In this document: in pieces, positions 41,279 to 52,114 of the stretch
Position numbering within the stretch: position 1 is the stretch's first letter
How the letters are laid out: the number at the start of each line of letters is the position of its first letter
From: Octopus sinensis
Taxonomy: Eukaryota
NCBI RefSeq assembly: GCF_006345805.1
Contig: NC_042999.1
Coordinates: 64,108,001 to 64,172,000 of the forward strand
Reading direction: 5' to 3'
DNA: 64,000 nt
Notes under the pieces: generated by a model
What the model saw: the letters and a program-made list of their open reading frames with translations, nothing else
The model's database searches: none
What the model was told of the DNA's origin: nothing
Position numbers and translations under genes: made by a program

Positions 41279-42049
41279 GCGTTGTATATACATAAAGCAT
41301 ATATATTACAGCAATAGTGTTTATACAAAGTAATATGAGAGAGTTAAAATTGTTTTTAAAAAGCCTGTACAATGTAAGTTAGAAATTGAAGAGCAAAACA
41401 AGAAATAGTTTATACTTTTACCTTGTGTTTCAAAAATCTGGAGTTGAAGCTACACTATTATAAAGGAAAGTGATAAGATTTTATTTATTTATTTATTTAT
41501 TTGCATAGGCAGTTGACATGCGTACTGGTGCTGTTACGACAAAAGCTTTACGCACATCACGTATGTTGTTTTAATATGGGTTTACGCTATTAATGAAGAT
41601 GGTTTCTTTAATTCTCAAATTTTTTTATGTTCCGTTGAGTTACTTTTTATAACCACCATGATATCTTATGCGAGACATTTCTTCAGGGGTTTCGTAACGA
41701 AAGAACTACTTCTTTGGGTATGTTCTTTAACGCTTTGACTGTGAAATTATATTCCTGTAACAATTTTAAATATCTACCAAAAATGTAGAACTTGTATTGT
41801 CTGCAACTCACGTTGTCTCAGTAAACTTGATAAATCTCAACAGAAAATAGCTTCAAACATGACATTATTTAACAAATGATAGACTGGTATATAAAACTGC
41901 TTTCCGCAGTTAAGGGTAATGAAATTTTGAGCCGATACATCTGATTTCCGCTCAATAAATCTGATAGTCCTACTTTGGAAGCTACAATGCTTCCAAAGAA
42001 GGACTGTCAGACTTATTGCAAACCATGGGGTACGCCCTCGAGCACTCAC

Positions 42050-42178
42050 CCACATTGCTGGTGTGGCGCACAGTTAATGTTCGCATATTGTTGTTGTGTA
42101 TCGGTTGATTCCCAAACAAAAAGAACAGGAAATGCACGATCTGTTAATTCAGTCCCTCTCTTACGAACATATAGGACG
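42050..42178 (-). CDS. Candidate exon of the same antisense gene (VLYVRKRGTELTDRAFPVLFVWESTDTQQQYANINCAPHQQC)
   Basis: gtgagt donor at 42049; acceptors possible at 42179 or 42141; open frame ending in phase 2. Confidence 0.3.
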
Positions 42179-42553
42179 CTAGTTTATCCCGAGTTTCTTT
42201 CTGAAATCATCTGGTAACTATAAGCAACTTCGAGTCATTGAAGAGATGCAAAACGGAATAAACTGTTTCGCTCGCAAAGACGACGAAACACCAGCAGCAT
42301 ATTTGAACTCAAAACCTTGAGATATATTTTTTTAATGAACTCACTGTAAATGTTGGACGAGTCCATATTTATTTTGTGACTTACTTGTTAAAGGTCGTCG
42401 TCAGTGAAAAAGAAATAAAAATTAGTTCATTGATGGATTTGTTACTGGTGGAGGTGGTGTTGATGTCTAACCTTTTAAAATAAGTTTTATGTTGAATTAG
42501 TAGCAACCAAATCGTTTTTAAAAAAAAATGCTTAATACTTTACGTCTGATTAA

Positions 42554-42772
42554 TGCGGCGAGCTGGCATTTCGTCTGTCTTTATGTTCAGACGTAAAGAC
42601 AGACGAAATGCCGCTAAGTATCTGAGTTCAAACTTTGCTGAGGTCGACTTTGCATTTCATCCTTTCGAAGTCGATAAAATAAGTACCAGTTGAACACTGG
42701 GGTCGATGTAAACGACTTGCCCTTCCCTAAAAAAAATTGCTGGACTTGTGCCAATATTTTAGGTCTTATGTG
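42554..42772 (+). mobile_element. SINE-A with internal inverted segment
   Basis: Head rearranged into a 21-bp hairpin (42566-42611). Confidence 0.75.
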
Positions 42773-43266
42773 TTTGGAACTGTTCCAACAGATTTTGACA
42801 TTTCTAAAATATAGACTCATTGCTTCAGTTATGATAATTTTGGAGGTTAACTTGATACATTATTGTAAACTAATATAATATGTTTAACACTTTGATTGTG
42901 AAATTATATTCCTGTAACAATTTTAAATATCTACCAAAAACGTAGAATTTGCATCTTCTGCAAGTCACGTTGTCTCAGTAAACTTGATAAGTCTCAAGTG
43001 TGCGTATGTATGTGTGTGTGTGTGGGGGGGGGGTGTTAATCGATAACATCGACCCAAGTGCTTAACTGGTACTTTATCGATTCCCAAAAGGATGAAGGCA
43101 AAGTCGACTTCCCACTTGTCTCCATATATTTCTGGCGTTAAGAAGCTCTATTTTCCTTTTGACACGCGTTGAAGAAACAAGCACAGGCTCTGCATATAAT
43201 CTGACGCAGCTGAACTTGAATACCCAGTCTTGGGTCTTTGGGTGTATAATGGTTAATAGTAATGCT

Positions 43267-43870
43267 GGATCTTTACCTTTTGACCGACAGATTTAAAAAA
43301 TAATTTTTTGTAACTAAACAATTTCACACTTCGGACACTAGTAGAATGTGTCATATAAAACATGTTTTACTCTTAGTATTTTTGAGAAAAACTTATATTT
43401 ACGAAGTTATTTCACGTTAAAGTTGTCGTATTTCGGTAATTTCAACCAATCAATGACATGTATTCAGCTGAATAAAATTACTGCCGTTGTTTGTCAACAA
43501 CAACTATCAGCGGTGTATGTTTCGTTTGTCACTGTTATTTATGACATCGTTCGTGTATTTGCACTGTTTTAAGGTTTTAGGGTTAGGGTTGTCATAAATA
43601 ACAGTGACAAATGAAATATACACCGCCGGAAGTTCTTGTTGACAAACAACGGCAGTAATTTTATTCAGCTGAAAACACGTCATTGATTGGTTGAAATTAC
43701 CGAAATACGACAACTTTAACGTGAAATAACTTCGTAAATATAAGTTTTTTCTCAAAAATGCAACGAGTAAAGAATATTTTATATGACACATTCTACCAGT
43801 GTCCGAAGTTTGAAAGTGTTTAGTTACGAAAAATTATTTTTTAAATCTGTCGGTCAAACGGTAAAGATCC
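43267..43870. mobile_element. Fold-back MITE with about 280-bp TIRs (MULE-like or unclassified)
   Basis: Arms 43267-43546 and 43590-43870; 8-bp TSD gtaatgct (43259-66, 43871-78); spacer contains ttagggttagggtt. Confidence 0.85.
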
Positions 43871-43904
43871 GTAATGCTACTTGTTTCTAACATACGCTCA
43901 TACT

Positions 43905-44463
43905 TGACTGATACTTTATTTGGTCGACCGCGATAAGGATGAAAGGCAAAGTCAACCTCAACAAAATTTGAACTTAGAATATGAGGCAGGAAAAAGTGCT
44001 ACTTAGCATTTTGTTCGGCTGGATAACGATTCTACCAACTCACCGCCTTAATAATAACAATAATGGTTTCAAATTTTACCACAAGGGCAGCAATTTTAGG
44101 AGAGGAGGCGAGTCGATTCTATTGATCCCAGTGTTCAACTGGTACTTATTTTATCGACCTCGAAAGGATGAACAGCAAAGTCGACCGCGGCAGAATTTGA
44201 ACTCAGAACGAAAAGACTGACGAAATGCCGCAAAGCATTTTGTCTGGAGCGGTAACGGCTCTGCCAGCTCACCACCTTAATAATAATAATAATAATAATC
44301 CTTTCTACTAAAGGCACAAGCCTGAGGTTTTAGGGGAGGAGAGTAGTAAAAGGGTAAAAGGCAAATTCGGCCTCGGCAGAATTTGAACTCAGAACGTGCA
44401 GATGGACAAAATGCCGCTAAGCATTTCGCCCGGCGTGCTAATGATTCTGCCAGCTCACCGCTT
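43905..44463 (-). mobile_element. SINE-A cluster, three units
   Basis: Homology; units separated by (TAA)n. Confidence 0.8.
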
Positions 44464-45196
44464 TAAGAATTGTAGCGTGGCACAAGTAGCCAGCACCATT
44501 TTGTACGAGATCTCGCTGGCAGCCATTATCATATCCGAGACAAGAGCGAGATCTCGCGTACAACCGTTTACCATGAACGACACGACAACGAGGCTCTCCT
44601 CGACAACGACTTTGTCAGTGGGATTTGGACAAAAAATAAATGTGCCGTAAAACGCTCGACTTATGTAAATGTAGAAATTTTAGATATTTCATATTTTAAT
44701 ATGGGGTACATATACTACAACATGGTCTTGTTAACACTGGGTTTTAAATTACAGAGAAAAATCTGCGATTTATTTTATTTCTTCTGAAAACGTATCACAT
44801 ACGCAGCACTTGACTTGAATTATTCGCGCCAGTACGTTCTCTACACACGAAACTCTTCATGTAGACCAGTGTCAACCGGGAATAGGAGCACTTCTGTAAA
44901 TTAGTTCCTACTCGTATCTTCCTTATTCTTTTACAGACGTAAATAATGCACGAAGCCGGTGTATTAATTCTCTACGGATAAATACGAGACTTGTTAAATA
45001 TATTCAAACATTGGAGAGTAAATTTAAAGACATATTTCCACAACTATAAATTCTTTTTACGGAGATGTACTTGCATAGCGAGTGACTTGATCTGAGATCG
45101 TGTGCTGGAACGAAAACAATTGCAGCGTGGAAGGTGTTTATAAGCCTTTTAAGAAACACACAAAACCATTAGATTCACTTCAACATTTAAATTTAA

Positions 45197-45247
45197 TTTG
45201 TCAAAATATTTTCGTCGCTTTGAGACCGCGACCTGTTCACTGACAAA
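45197..45247 (-). ncRNA. Same minimal hammerhead variant, left arm
   Basis: Exact reverse complement of 45270-45320. Confidence 0.65.
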
Positions 45248-45269
45248 ACTTCGAGATGCAGCACGAAGT

Positions 45270-45320
45270 TTTGTCAGTGAACAGGTCGCGGTCTCAAAGC
45301 GACGAAAATATTTTGACAAA
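45270..45320 (+). ncRNA. Minimal type I hammerhead variant (G3-C8 core) in Penelope-like repeat, right arm
   Basis: Stem I UUUGUCA/UGACAAA; core GUGAACA + extra G; stem II GUCGC/GCGAC; GAA; palindromic stem III AAUAUU; UUU triplet. Confidence 0.65.
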
Positions 45321-45414
45321 TTAAATTTAAATGTTGAAGTGAATCTAACGGTTTTTGTGTGTTTCTTAAATGGCTTATAAACACCTTCCACGCTGCAATT
45401 ATAAATTCTTTAGA

Positions 45415-45830
45415 TTCTTTAAAATGTTTCAGTGTCAAAGCTTCGGTCATGCTGGGGCACCACCGTTGACTGAGCTACACCATTATTCGAAACCTCTTCT
45501 GACATGTGGCATTTGGTCAATGAGGGGGTTTGATGCTGCTGCCCTTACCTGTGTTTCCTGTCGGGAGGTAGGCTCCTCTGAAACCCTTGACAAGAAGAGA
45601 TCTAATTTTGTTTTAAAGACACTTGCATCCATACCATGCAGATCTCTCGGGCATTTTGGAAGGATGTTGATGTGTTGTGGGCCCTTGAAGCCCAAGCTGT
45701 TGCAGTATCTGGACCTGTATTTTGATGGCGATTATATCACTAGTGATTTTGCTGTTAGATTTTCATGCAACGGTTGTTGCGTCATTCAGTATTCATTCAC
45801 TAAAAATATGTACCTCTTAGTAATTCTTTC
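45415..45830 (-). mobile_element. 3' fragment of a CR1/L2-group LINE (ORF2 C-terminus and tail)
   Basis: Minus strand reads SPSKYRSRYCNSLGFKGPQHINILPKCPRDLHGMDASVFKTKLDLFLSRVSEEP, matching the GP-x-LFN-x-LP...FK-x2-LD-x-FL C-terminal motif; ends in a taaagaat-type tail. Confidence 0.7.
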
Positions 45831-46302
45831 TGATACTCTTTGCTAATGAGGTTCAGTACAAGTGAAACATGTTCAGAGTTGTCATTCCACCGACAAATAT
45901 CAAACTCATCTCTCAACTACGGATTTATTAATTTGCATTCATTTAAATTCCATAACTGCCTCCTTTGTCTTTCTTAACCAGAATTACTTATTAAGCTAAA
46001 TACTAGTCTCCTCATTACAAGTATACTTTCTCTAGGTTAAAATTACTCACTGCGTTAATAATTGGCTCACTATATCAAGAAGATTAATTCCGACTTTACT
46101 ACTTATTTTTCATGCAAGGGGTGTCTATGTGTATCCTATCCCCAGTTATTCTCATAGATATTTATATATTTCTTATTGGTAGGGTCAGCCAGTTCTCTTT
46201 GCTATTTACTTGCCCGTATGCCAATGCAAATGCAATCCAACCAGAAAATTGGGGAATACGATTTCTGCAGACCTAGCATTCCAATTCAAGATCTGTGTTT
46301 AT

Positions 46303-46674
46303 TTATTACCTCTGTTTTCGCTAAGGCGGAGGTATTGTTTCCAGTTGCGTTTTGTTTGTGTGTTTTCCGTGGACAAGATATCTCAAGAACCGCTGAATAA
46401 ATTCGGATGAAACTTTTAGGGATGTTTGGCCTTGTGTCTGGCACGAACTGATTAGATTTTGAGAACGATCGGATGCCGGACAAGGATTCTGGATAGTTTT
46501 CTTTTTTTTTTTTTTGCTCAATTTTTGAGGGCGGTCAGGTTCATTTTTAGTATTCTCGTTTGTTAGAGCAGTCGAGTTTATTATAGATATTCTCATTTAA
46601 AAAATTATCTCCGGCTAATCGTTGAGAGGACGTTAGTGTTACCTTGGTGGGGGTTTGTGCTCTCTGAGTGCTCT
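46303..46674 (+). mobile_element. Helentron-type non-autonomous element (HINE/DINE-1-like)
   Basis: 5' palindrome attacctc...ggcggaggta, gttt-rich core, 3' subTIR and terminal hairpin; second copy at 61404-61735. Confidence 0.6.
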
Positions 46675-46679
46675 CATCA

Positions 46680-46728
<49 letters not shown>

Positions 46729-48045
46729 GGGGAAATTTTAGCCAATCGTTAGCCACAGACACATTCATGCCAGTTTCCTTAGTAACAAGTCAAGCATGAA
46801 AACTCTTTTATCTGCGAGAAAGCACGTGTTGACAAATGTATTCTACTCGTTGATGTTGTCAGATGTGCTAAAAATAGCAGCCAAATAGGTCTTAAAACAC
46901 GCATTAAAAAGCTTTTGTTTTATTTTTGGATAATCGTATGAATTCCCATGAGTAGGATACAAATTCGCAAAAATTTTCTGAGCGTAAAGCAGAATTTCAT
47001 TTGTATACAGTTGACAACACACGTTCTCACGCAGAAAATGACAACTTCCAAATCCTGTTTTCTGAGTTCAAATCCCCTTCCGCAACATCCACTCATCATC
47101 ACCCCACTAAAAACTGCCAATGTTTCACTTTTTGCTCTTTTAAAAGCGAGGAAGTTTTCTCAGAAATAATGTCATTTAGCTGTTGTTTCTAGATATTTTT
47201 GACGTTTGCTGTCTCAGTAGAATTCTACGCATACGTGAAACATCAGACGAAAGTGAAACATGTTCTGAAAATACACAAACACGGACATGCAAACACATGA
47301 ATATGCAGGGTACATACATACAGATGCACACACATACATACATATATACATATGCATACAAACACATATATACATACATACAGATGCATACATACATACA
47401 CACATACATACGTACATGCATAGGCAGGCACACACACACACTAACCCACACACATGCGCACAAACAAACAAAAAGGAACGCAGTGTAAATAACGGACAGA
47501 GTCAAGACTATTGAAAAGGTTGCTAGATGCAACGAAAATTTTAAGAAAATAAAAATAAGAAATAAGTGGAAATTTTACCGGTGAGTGTGTTACATTATAA
47601 GGCACAAAAAGAAAATGACTCTCCCCAGACACAATAGAATCCGAAGACATTTTAGAAAAAAAGCGGAAATGGGTGGTAGGAAAAATGTGCCAATAACTGT
47701 GCCAAAAAGCATCTTTTTTGGTAATTTTCTTTTGACAAATAGGGTTTTGTGAGTCACACATGCACTCATAACACTCATTGTACATTGCTGCATATTTTGA
47801 CACCAAAAACATTAAGATTGGCAACGTAGATTAGAATCAAGCCCAAATATTGCCTGAAAATGACCTCAAAATTGTGCGACCCGACCTCATTTTCGAGATT
47901 TTTTTGCAGTGAAAGAGTTGTGCAAAAGACATATTTCATTTGACAGCCGAAAGATTACTAATTTTTTGATACCTCATACGTCAAAATCAGCAACTCAGTT
48001 TTCGAATCCATAAGGAAAGTACTCACCACACACAGACACAAACTC

Positions 48046-48121
<76 letters not shown>

Positions 48122-48130
48122 CATACAGAC

Positions 48131-48866
48131 ATACAAAAAAGTAACAAGGATGTCCAGGTATCAATGCATTACGGCCGTTTCAAGCTGCTCCATTTAATCG
48201 ATCAATGAAAGCATTACATCGATTTGAAAGAAACCGTTCTCCTCAGAAGCAGATGGCTACATAGATTTCCAACATAAAGGATAAACCATTTTTAGCATTT
48301 ATAGAAAATTTATATCAGTACTGGAAACCAAAGTAATTACATGAAATCAGAGAATAGTGAATATTTATTTAAGCCTGCTATAATTTAGAGAGTACCAGAG
48401 GAAAATAGTGGAAGTCAAGATATAGGAGTGGCGAGATATTTATTTTTATCGATACAATTTTATGCAGTATATAGTCTACAACCTTTTAGAATTAAAATCC
48501 ATTGTGAGTTGTCAGCTATGTTTCAGTTGATGGTGATAAATGAATTAATGTCAGACAACCTCCCAGACCCTTATTTTAGTGGGACCATATACTTAGCTTT
48601 ACATAAAAGGATATGTCTCAGAGCTGCTAGTGAGAAAATGACTGATGGGGAAGAGGTGATAAATAGAAGAAGGAAGTATGGAGGTGGTTAGTCCTTATTT
48701 AGATTATCAAATAAAAGGGGAATATAGTGAAAAACAAAAGAAGTAAAAAAAAAAGGTGGGAATTTAAAATGAGGGATACGGGATGTAGTAATTCATAATT
48801 TAGCAAATTTAGCTTGAAACGGCCGTAATGCATTGATACCTGAACATTCTTGTTACTTATTTGCAT
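48131..48866. mobile_element. Unclassified element bounded by about 56-bp inverted repeats
   Basis: 48131-48186 and 48811-48866 share aagtaacaag(g/a)atgt(c/t)caggtatcaatgcattacggccgtttcaagct; no TSD resolved. Confidence 0.55.
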
Positions 48867-48959
48867 TTTGTTCGAGCTGCTCGGACTATACCGAACTGGC
48901 CTGGTGCCTCAATTTAAGAACCTAATTCAAATGAATTATATATGCATATGTATATGCAT

Positions 48960-49180
48960 GTGCAGGAGTGGCTGTGTGGCAAGTAACTTGCTTACCAACT
49001 ACATGGCTCCGGGTTCAGCCCCACTGCATGGAACTTTGGGCAAGTATCTTCTTTAACTTCGAGCCGACCAAAGTCTTGTGAGTAGACAGAAACTGAAAGA
49101 AGCCTGTGTGTGCATGTATGTATGTATGTATGTATGTATGTATGTATGTATGTATGTATGTATGTATGTATGTATGTATG

Positions 49181-49216
<36 letters not shown>

Positions 49217-49539
49217 TATATATATATATAGTTAATCCAAATATGAAAACACAAAGAGAAAGCACAATAACGTGAGGACGTGGAACAAGTATAGTGTTAT
49301 TGGACGCTAAAGGAAAGGAAAGAAGGAGGATTTAACGTTTGTGACTGTGTTTGTCCCCCCAACATCACTTGACAACCGATGTTGGTGTGTTTACGTCCTT
49401 GTAACTTAGCGATTCGGCCTAAGAGACCGATAGAATAAGTACTAGGCTTACAAATAAGTCCTGGGGTCGATTTGCTCGACTAAAGGCGGCGCTCCAGCAT
49501 GGCCCCAGTCAAACGACTGAAACAAGTAAAAGAATAAAA

Positions 49540-49541
<2 letters not shown>
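48960..49541 (+). mobile_element. SINE-B, interrupted in its microsatellite
   Basis: Head 48960-49110; tail 49341-49541. Confidence 0.85.
49232..49340 (-). mobile_element. Probable Penelope-like fragment nested in a SINE-B internal microsatellite
   Basis: Interrupts SINE-B 48960-49541; ends ...ggacgctaaaggaaagg...tttaacgttt, loosely paralleling the other fragments up to the hammerhead stem III. Confidence 0.35.
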
Positions 49542-49599
<58 letters not shown>

Positions 49600-49657
49600 G
49601 GATATACATAAATGTGTATAAATATATGAATTTATATATGATTGGGTAGTGTAAGTG

Positions 49658-49708
<51 letters not shown>

Positions 49709-50120
49709 ATATACTCTCACGCTCTATCAAAATAAATAACTTTTATATATAAAGTATGCACCAGTTGAAATGGTGACTACTTTATAAACCCACCATGCTG
49801 GATTATAAACATATTCGCATATATTTATTTATATAGTTTTGGAACTTATTGCACTATTGGCGTGCAGTATTTGATTACTAGTTAAGGCCATTTAATGATG
49901 ACGATGAGGATGATACTAATGATGGCGGTGGGTTGTGTACTGGTTAAGAGTGGTTAACGAAAATACGAAACGTGAGCATTTGTAGGTGTTGAAGTAAATC
50001 TTGCCTGTAGCCGGTTGCTTTTTTGTTTCCTTTGACTTTCAAGCAGATGAAACTCTCTTCGACTACATACACACACACACACACACACAGAGTTGTAGCG
50101 TAATATATGGATTCAAAATG

Positions 50121-50518
50121 ATGGCGAACCGGCAGAAACATTAGCACGCCGGGCGAAATGCTTAGCAGTATTTCGCCCGTCGCTACGTTCTGAGTTCAAA
50201 TTTCGCCGAGGTCGACTTTGCCTTTCATCCTTTTGGGGGTCGATTAAATAAGTACCAGTTACGCACTGGGGTCTATATAATCTACTTAATCCGTTTGTCT
50301 GTCCTTGTTTGTCTTCTCTGTGTTTAACCCCTTGTGGGCAGTAAAGAAATAGGTATTTCGTCTGCCGTTACGTTCTGTGTTCAAATTCCGCCGAGGTCGA
50401 CTTTACCTTTCATCCTTTCGGGATCGATAAATTAAGTACCAGTTGCATACTGGCGTCGATGTGATCGACTGGCCCCCTCCCACCAAATTTCAGGCCTTGT
50501 ATCTATAGTAGAAAGAAT
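50121..50518 (+). mobile_element. SINE-A dimer
   Basis: Junction at 50351/52. Confidence 0.85.
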
Positions 50519-50526
50519 TTTTATTA

Positions 50527-50575
<49 letters not shown>

Positions 50576-50595
50576 CAGCAGCAGTATTATTATTA

Positions 50596-50645
<50 letters not shown>

Positions 50646-50691
50646 GTAGTAGTAGTAGTAGTAGTAGTAGTAGCAGCAGCAGCAGCAACAA

Positions 50692-51055
50692 GTGGAGGCG
50701 CAATGGCCTAATGGTTAGGGCAGCGGACTCGCGGTCGGAGGATCGCAGCTTCGATTCCCAGACCCGGCGTTGTGTGTGTTTATTGAGCGTTAACACCTAA
50801 AGCTCCACGATATTCCTGTAGGGGGTGGTGGCGGCCCCTGTTGTACTCTTTCGCTCCAACTTTCTCTCACTCTTTCTTCCTGTTTCTTGTCCCCGACTTC
50901 CTACGCAACCGCTGAGCCTGGATGCGCATTCATCCATCCGTCGATGCTCTCGGTGTCGGAGGTTGACCTGCTTTCTCTTCTGCGGGTCTTACGAATAGCA
51001 AATGGACCACGTTTCGAACTTCTCCCACTACGGCCGAAGACCGCTTAGCTCAACA
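50692..51055 (+). mobile_element. SINE-C, tail type 3
   Basis: Full head, body and tail. Confidence 0.9.
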
Positions 51056-51077
51056 AAGTCGCAGCAGCAGCAGCAAC

Positions 51078-51121
<44 letters not shown>

Positions 51122-51529
51122 CAGCAGCAGCAGCAGCAGCAGTGTTGGTGGTGGTGGTGGAAGGAATACAGGGATGAGTAACATTTAAGAATGGCACTGA
51201 CCGCAACATAAGAACTCATCTCCCCTGACTCTTCCCAGACACAGCAGAATATGCTTCAACACACGAACTAATATAAAGAATCTTGCAAACCAAATCCAAA
51301 AACGAAATATAATAAGATTTGTTAATCTTATACAAGAATATTGTTGACAGTGACGTCGAAGTTTTGGCCAGCTAAACCATCGTTTGACATATGTATGTGT
51401 GTGCGTGCATGTGTGTGTGTGAGTGTGTATATGTGTGTGAGCGAGTGTGTTTGTGTGTATGTGTGTGTTTGTGTCTGTGTGTGTGTAAATGTGTGTGTGT
51501 GAAAGAGAGCGGGAGAGTTCGGCCACTAC

Positions 51530-51682
51530 CATCACTTGTCAGCCGGTGTTGGTTTATTTATCCCAGTCATATAGAGGTTAAAAAAAAAGGATAGATCGAT
51601 AGAATAAGTACTGGTGCTGAGTAAATCCTTCGAGGTGGTGCCCCAGCATAGCCGCAATCCAATGACCGAAACTAGTAAAAGA
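51530..51682 (+). mobile_element. SINE-B tail fragment
   Basis: Homology. Confidence 0.65.
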
Positions 51683-51687
51683 TATGT

Positions 51688-52114
51688 CTATTTCTTTACT
51701 ACCCAGAAGGGGCTAAACACAGAAGGGACAAACAAGGACAGACAAACGGATTAAGTTGATTACATCGATTAGATCGGCCCAAGTTCGCAACTGGTACTTA
51801 ATTTATCGACCCCGAAAGGATGAAAGGCAAAGTCGACCTCGGCGGAATTTGAACTCGGAACGTAGCGGCAGACGAAATACCTATTTCTTTACTACCCACA
51901 AGGGGCTAAATACAGAGGGGGCAAACAAGGACTGACAAATGGATTGAGTCTATTATATCGACCCCAGTGCGTAACTGGTACTTAATTTATCGACCCCGAA
52001 AGGATGAAAGGCAAAGTCGACCTCGGTGGAATTTGAACTCAGAACGTAACGGCAGACGAAATACGGCTACGCATTTTGCCCGGCGTGCAAACGTTTCTGC
52101 CAGCTCGCCGCCTT
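51688..52114 (-). mobile_element. SINE-A dimer
   Basis: Junction at 51881/82. Confidence 0.85.

Larger units (their letters stand above)
41726..42997. repeat. Pair of 115-bp direct repeats (41726-41840 and 42883-42997)
   Basis: About 90 percent identical by eye; offset 1157 bp. Confidence 0.85.
45057..45400. mobile_element. Penelope-like terminal repeat pair in inverted (fold-back) arrangement with TSD
   Basis: Arms 45118-45253 and 45264-45400 differ by about 3 changes; 10-nt loop; direct repeat tataaattcttt at 45045-45056 and 45400-45411; each arm carries a hammerhead. Confidence 0.7.

Noticed and set aside
41975-42217. WSC-like domain on + strand (DCQTYCKPWG...HCWCG)
   Set aside because: Cys spacing is suggestive but other WSC residues and phase-1 splice bounds are missing; the minus-strand exon reading has better splice signals.
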